From Acidimicrobiia bacterium (GTDB lineage Bacteria > Actinomycetota > Acidimicrobiia > Spongiisociales > ZC4RG35): a stretch of 64,000 nt of DNA. The notes under the pieces are model-generated. The model searched no databases, was not told the origin of the DNA, and saw only the letters and a list, made by a program, of their open reading frames with translations. A program made the position numbers and the translations under genes. The stretch spans positions 1,216,001 to 1,280,000 of the forward strand of contig CBDBCY010000004.1 in NCBI GenBank assembly GCA_965203555.1, read 5' to 3'. Positions 59,873-64,000 of the stretch are shown piece by piece. Positions within the stretch are counted from its first letter, which is position 1, and the number at the start of each line of letters is the position of its first letter.

Positions 59873-60787
59873 TCAGGCCCGCATGTAGGGCTCTTCGTGA
59901 GCCCGGACCTTGGTGCGGACCGTGTACAGCGATGTCGACGACGGCATGTACAACGTGCGCCAATCGTCATCACCCCAGGTCAGATTCCCGACGTTCTCGG
60001 GCACTTGGACAGTTCCCAGGTGCTCACCAGCGGTATTGAACACCCAAACCCCGCCCGGGCCGGTCACCCAGATGTTGCCCATCTCGTCGCACTTCATACC
60101 GTCGGGAATGCCTTCCTCGATGACGCCGCTGCCGATGTTCTCCGCAAACCGCCGACCGTTGGAAAGGGTGCCGTCGTCATTGACGTCGTACACGTCAATC
60201 AACGCCCGGGGGGTGTCGTTGATGTACATCAGGGACTCGTCGGGCGAGAAGCACAGACCGTTGGGCATCTCGTACTCATTGCGATCCACCACCAACTCCA
60301 GTTCGCCACCGGGCGGGATACGGTAGACACCCTGGAATCCCAGATCACGGGGGCGCTCCAGGCCGAAGACCGGAAAGCGGCCGTACCAGGGATCGGAAAA
60401 GTAGATGGAGCCGTCGGAACCGACGCACACATCGTTGGGGCTGTTCAGTTCCTTCCCCTCGAAATGGGAGGCCAGCACCACCCGTTCACCGTCGGTCGTC
60501 TCCATGATCAACGACGAGGTGACATGCTCGCAGACGATCAGGTTGAGGTCGGCGTCGTAGGTCATGCCATTGCACTTGTTCGACGGGTTGGCAACCTCCA
60601 TCACGGTCCCGTCGGGGGTGTACTTGCGACGCACATCACCGGGCATGTCCGAGAACAACAGATACCCGTCCTTGGGATGCCAGATGGGACCTTCGGTGAA
60701 CATAAACCCTGTAGCGGCCTGTACCACTTCCTCTCCCGGATCGACCAACTCGAAAATCGCGTCAGAATTCGCTTCCACGGAACTCAT
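59873..60787 (-). CDS. SMP-30/gluconolactonase family protein
   Basis: FTEGPIW, LNSPND, PNGLCFSPDES, PDGMKCDE.GNIW; AGGAGG RBS. Confidence 0.92.
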   Translation of the reverse strand: MSSVEANSDAIFELVDPGEEVVQAATGFMFTEGPIWHPKDGYLLFSDMPGDVRRKYTPDGTVMEVANPSNKCNGMTYDADLNLIVCEHVTSSLIMETTDGERVVLASHFEGKELNSPNDVCVGSDGSIYFSDPWYGRFPVFGLERPRDLGFQGVYRIPPGGELELVVDRNEYEMPNGLCFSPDESLMYINDTPRALIDVYDVNDDGTLSNGRRFAENIGSGVIEEGIPDGMKCDEMGNIWVTGPGGVWVFNTAGEHLGTVQVPENVGNLTWGDDDWRTLYMPSSTSLYTVRTKVRAHEEPYMRA

Positions 60788-60943
60788 GTCGTTCCTCCTT
60801 TTAATATGCGGGCCCTGGCAAAGATGCTATCAAAATGCCAAGTCCCATGCCCTGCCAACACATGCTGCGCTAATGTTTACAAAAAATATAGCACCCATGC
60901 CGCAGCGTGGGTCCAAGAGCAAGTAAATGTAGATTGGAGCCAT

Positions 60944-61726
60944 ATGGATATTGACGTGCGGATTCCCGATTCGTCAGAGGCTGCCGCGGCTGACTTCGGA
61001 GACGGGTCAGACGTCTCGGTCATGGCGGGCGGGACGATAATGATGAACCTTCTCAACTCCTACACGGTGCAACCCTCCAAGGTGTTGCTCCTCCACCGGG
61101 CCGGTCTGTCCTATGTCAACCGGAACGGCTCCACCGTGACGATCGGCGCCACCACCTCGCTGGCCGATCTGACCGGGATGTCGGCCCCGCTGGGACCCTG
61201 CGCGGCCAACATCGGAGACCCTGCCATCAGAGGACAGGGGACAGTAGGGGGCAACCTGTGCGCGGTGGCCTCGCCGGAGTTTCCGGTCGGGGATCTGCAG
61301 GGGCCACTCCTGGCACTGGACGCAACCGTCCGGTCGGTCGGAGAGGGAGGGGAGCGAAGCGAAAGCCTCGCCGATTTCCTGGCGGGAGGAGGTGGCCGCC
61401 TACTGCTGGAAGTGTCCTTCGAGGCTCCGTCCGCAGGGGCATTCGAAGCGTTGCGTCGCCCCCACACCAAGCACTTCACCCCCCTGGCGGTCTCCGGAGC
61501 CCTGGCGTCCGACGGCCGGATCAGGCTGGCGGCGACCGGAGCAGGCAGCACCGGAGTTCGCCTTCCCTCGGCGGAGGCAGCAGCCGATGATCCGTCGGGA
61601 GCCGGTCAGGCTGCGCTGGGAGACGTGACACTGGCGGACGATGCCCTGGCTTCGGCCTGGTATCGCGGTCGGACTCTCCCCACCCTGGTGGAACGGGTCC
61701 TTGAGCAACTGAAGGAGCAAGCGTGA
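60944..61726 (+). CDS. Molybdenum hydroxylase FAD-binding subunit (CoxM/XdhB-like)
   Basis: MAGGT, TIGATT, IR.QGTVGGNL, LLALDA. Confidence 0.85.
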   Translation: MDIDVRIPDSSEAAAADFGDGSDVSVMAGGTIMMNLLNSYTVQPSKVLLLHRAGLSYVNRNGSTVTIGATTSLADLTGMSAPLGPCAANIGDPAIRGQGTVGGNLCAVASPEFPVGDLQGPLLALDATVRSVGEGGERSESLADFLAGGGGRLLLEVSFEAPSAGAFEALRRPHTKHFTPLAVSGALASDGRIRLAATGAGSTGVRLPSAEAAADDPSGAGQAALGDVTLADDALASAWYRGRTLPTLVERVLEQLKEQA

Positions 61727-62241
61727 GAATCGAAGTTAACGGCGCCGGTCACGAGGTTTCAAGCCCCCCCTTGACCTCACTGCTGAACGTCCTGCGGGAA
61801 GAGATGGACGTCACCAGCGTCAAGGCCGGCTGCGAATCGGGGGGATGCGGAGCCTGCACGGTTCTGGTCGACGGCCAGCCGCGGCGGGCCTGCCTCACCC
61901 CGGTGGTGACCGCGGTGGGGTCGGAAATCACTACGGTCGAAGGTCTGGGCACGCCCGAGTCACCGTCGGCAATACAGCAGTCGTTCATCCATCACTACGC
62001 CATGCAGTGCGGATTCTGCACGCCTGGTCTGGTGGTCGCCGCCACCGCCTATGTGAACGGGGGCGGAAGTGACGACCTCGAATCCGTAGCGGAAGCTATC
62101 AGCGGACATGTTTGCAGGTGCACCGGCTACAACAAGATCCTGGAGGCCGTCGCCGCCGCGGTGAACAGTTCGGAGTTCGACCTCAACTCGACGGCGGTGG
62201 ACAAGAACACCGTCGTTGTCAAAACGGGAGGTGCAGTATGA
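61723..62241 (+). CDS. Molybdenum hydroxylase 2Fe-2S subunit (CoxS-like)
   Basis: GCESGGCGACTV, QCGFCTPG, CRCTGY. Confidence 0.93.
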   Translation: MRIEVNGAGHEVSSPPLTSLLNVLREEMDVTSVKAGCESGGCGACTVLVDGQPRRACLTPVVTAVGSEITTVEGLGTPESPSAIQQSFIHHYAMQCGFCTPGLVVAATAYVNGGGSDDLESVAEAISGHVCRCTGYNKILEAVAAAVNSSEFDLNSTAVDKNTVVVKTGGAV

Positions 62242-63605
62242 AAGCAGTAGGAGCCCGACTGCCCCGCTATGACGCAATGGGGCACGTCACCGGGAGCACC
62301 CAGTTCGTGGATGACGTTCGGGTGCCCCGGATGTTGTGGGCCAAGATGTTGCGTTCGCCCCATCACCACGCCGCCATCACCCGGATGGGCACTTCCCGGG
62401 CCGAAGGCATGCCGGGGGTGAAGGCTGTCATCACCTGGGAGGACGTTCCACTCCTTACATACGGACACCTCGAGGCTCTGGGCATTCCGGCCGACGAGCC
62501 GCTCCTGGCCAAGGACGAGGTCCGGTACAAGGGCCAGCCCATCGCCTTGGTGGCAGCCGAGGACGTGGACACTGCCATGGCAGGCGTGGCAGCCATCGAT
62601 ATCGAATACGCCGAACGTCCCGCGCTGTTCGACGTGCGCAAGGCCTTCGATTCCGATTCGGCCCAGATCCATCCCTGGGGCAACTGGTATCCCCACTTCG
62701 AAGGAGAGATGGACCGGCGGAAAATCCGAAAGGGCGACATCGACGAGGCCTTCGAGCAGGCTGACAAGATCATCTCCGGTGTCTATCGTCCTGCCGCCAT
62801 CGAACATGTGCCGGTGGAGACGCAGGTTTGCCTGGCGGTACCGGAGCCCGATGGCCGTCTGACCATCTATTCCTGCACGCAGGCGCTGTATTTCACCATG
62901 GGCGTGGTCGCTGCCCACCTACAGGTTCCCCTCAACAGGCTGAAGGTGATCGGAGGAACGGTGGGAGGCGGTTTCGGCGGCAAGGTCGACACCGCCAGTG
63001 ACACCGTCACCACCCTGGCGGCCATGAAGGCGGGGCGCCCCGTCAAGTGGCGCTGGACCCGGGAAGAGGAGTTCCTGGCCTCCTCCACCCGAGCGCCCTG
63101 GCACATGGAAATCATTGACGCGGTAACCAGTGACGGCTGGATCCTGGGTCGTAAGATGTTGACGCTCCACGACTCGGGCGCCTACGCCAGGTTCTCGCCC
63201 TACGGAGTCACCAAGCACAGCTTCCACCACACCGGGGCCTACACCATCCCCAACCTGCACTTCGACGGTTACGTGGTGTTTACCAACCGGGTACCCACCA
63301 CCGCCATGCGCGGCTTCGGGGTGACGTCGATCTCGTTTGCGGTGGAGACCCATATGAGCCGGGTGGCCAACGAGTTGGGGATGGATCCCTACGAGGTGCG
63401 TCTGCTCAACGCCAACCGGATCAACGACACTTCGCCCAACCGGATCCGCTACACAGATCCGAGCACCGTGGATGTCCTGCAGTCGCTGGCTGATGCCGAA
63501 GGCGTCCAGTTGGACGCCGCCTATGCGGGTATGACCAGGGATCCACGCTCGGGAGACCTGCTGCCTGACCATCTGGTCGGACAACTGAAGACGGAGGGAC
63601 ACTAA
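62238..63605 (+). CDS. Molybdenum hydroxylase molybdopterin-binding subunit, N-terminal part of split large subunit
   Basis: LRSPHHHA, VRYKGQPIALVAA, GGGFGGK, TAMRGFG. Confidence 0.9.
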   Translation: MKAVGARLPRYDAMGHVTGSTQFVDDVRVPRMLWAKMLRSPHHHAAITRMGTSRAEGMPGVKAVITWEDVPLLTYGHLEALGIPADEPLLAKDEVRYKGQPIALVAAEDVDTAMAGVAAIDIEYAERPALFDVRKAFDSDSAQIHPWGNWYPHFEGEMDRRKIRKGDIDEAFEQADKIISGVYRPAAIEHVPVETQVCLAVPEPDGRLTIYSCTQALYFTMGVVAAHLQVPLNRLKVIGGTVGGGFGGKVDTASDTVTTLAAMKAGRPVKWRWTREEEFLASSTRAPWHMEIIDAVTSDGWILGRKMLTLHDSGAYARFSPYGVTKHSFHHTGAYTIPNLHFDGYVVFTNRVPTTAMRGFGVTSISFAVETHMSRVANELGMDPYEVRLLNANRINDTSPNRIRYTDPSTVDVLQSLADAEGVQLDAAYAGMTRDPRSGDLLPDHLVGQLKTEGH

Positions 63606-64000
63606 TGGCTGTTCATAAAGGACGCGGCATAGCCGCTATTGAATACCCCACGGGAATGAACCAGAACGGCGATCCCTCTCAGGCATGGATCAAAGTCAAG
63701 CCGGACGGACGCATCGATGTGTTCTCAGGCACCGCCGACATCGGCAACGGCGCCAAGACCATCCAGTCCCAGATCGTGGCGGACACCATCGGCGTCCCCT
63801 ACGACTGGGTGACCTTCGACAACTCCAACACCGACTCCTCGCCGGTCTGCACCGGGACTTTCGCTTCCCGCGCTACCTTCGTAGCCGGGAAGGCGGTGCT
63901 CAAGGCTGCCCGCGAAGTTCAGCAGAAGCTGCTGGACGTGGCGGCCCAGGAGATGGAGATCAGTCCCGAGGACCTGGAAATCGAAGACGGACGGGTCAGC
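63605..64000 (+). CDS. Molybdenum hydroxylase molybdopterin-binding subunit, second part (3' truncated by window)
   Basis: ATG overlaps upstream stop (TAATG); MAVHKGRGIAA, DIGNGAKT, TD.SP..TGTFASRAT. Confidence 0.88.
   Translation, partial: MAVHKGRGIAAIEYPTGMNQNGDPSQAWIKVKPDGRIDVFSGTADIGNGAKTIQSQIVADTIGVPYDWVTFDNSNTDSSPVCTGTFASRATFVAGKAVLKAAREVQQKLLDVAAQEMEISPEDLEIEDGRVS

Noticed and set aside
59264-60943. 5' part of the 820 aa plus-strand ORF
   Set aside because: Antisense shadow of the hydrolase and lactonase genes; only 60944-61726 has FAD-subunit motifs

Overview
64 kb of high-GC bacterial DNA. The gene repertoire (T/A/P-linker lipoprotein binding proteins, SLH surface protein, DUF222-HNH gene, nuoEFG, acnA) suggests an actinobacterium, probably Acidimicrobiia-like and possibly host-associated (inference). 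Most of the window is catabolic: amidohydrolases, a sugar-type and a Liv-type ABC transporter, amidase, class III aminotransferase, glpK, SDRs, a Tm-1-like pair, an OYE-type flavoprotein, acyl-CoA synthetase, FGE, yihU, nuoEFG/mrp/acnA, CoA-transferase/CitE/ACAD, aceA-LysR and a four-subunit molybdenum hydroxylase. The most interesting accessory elements are: (1) a translationally coupled three-gene operon of RapA/DrmD-like SNF2 helicase, YegD-like Hsp70 with a 4-Cys insertion, and a putative Zn-finger protein (48836-53873); (2) two diverged copies of a ~230 bp non-coding element with its own sigma70-like promoter and conserved base-paired stems (5230-5457 + and 26059-26281 -), a candidate new structured RNA; (3) a DUF222-HNH gene bounded by short inverted repeats; (4) two orphan DNA methyltransferases; (5) a small protein/retropepsin pair. 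No rRNA, tRNA or CRISPR array was seen. All calls come from reading sequence motifs; no database search was run.
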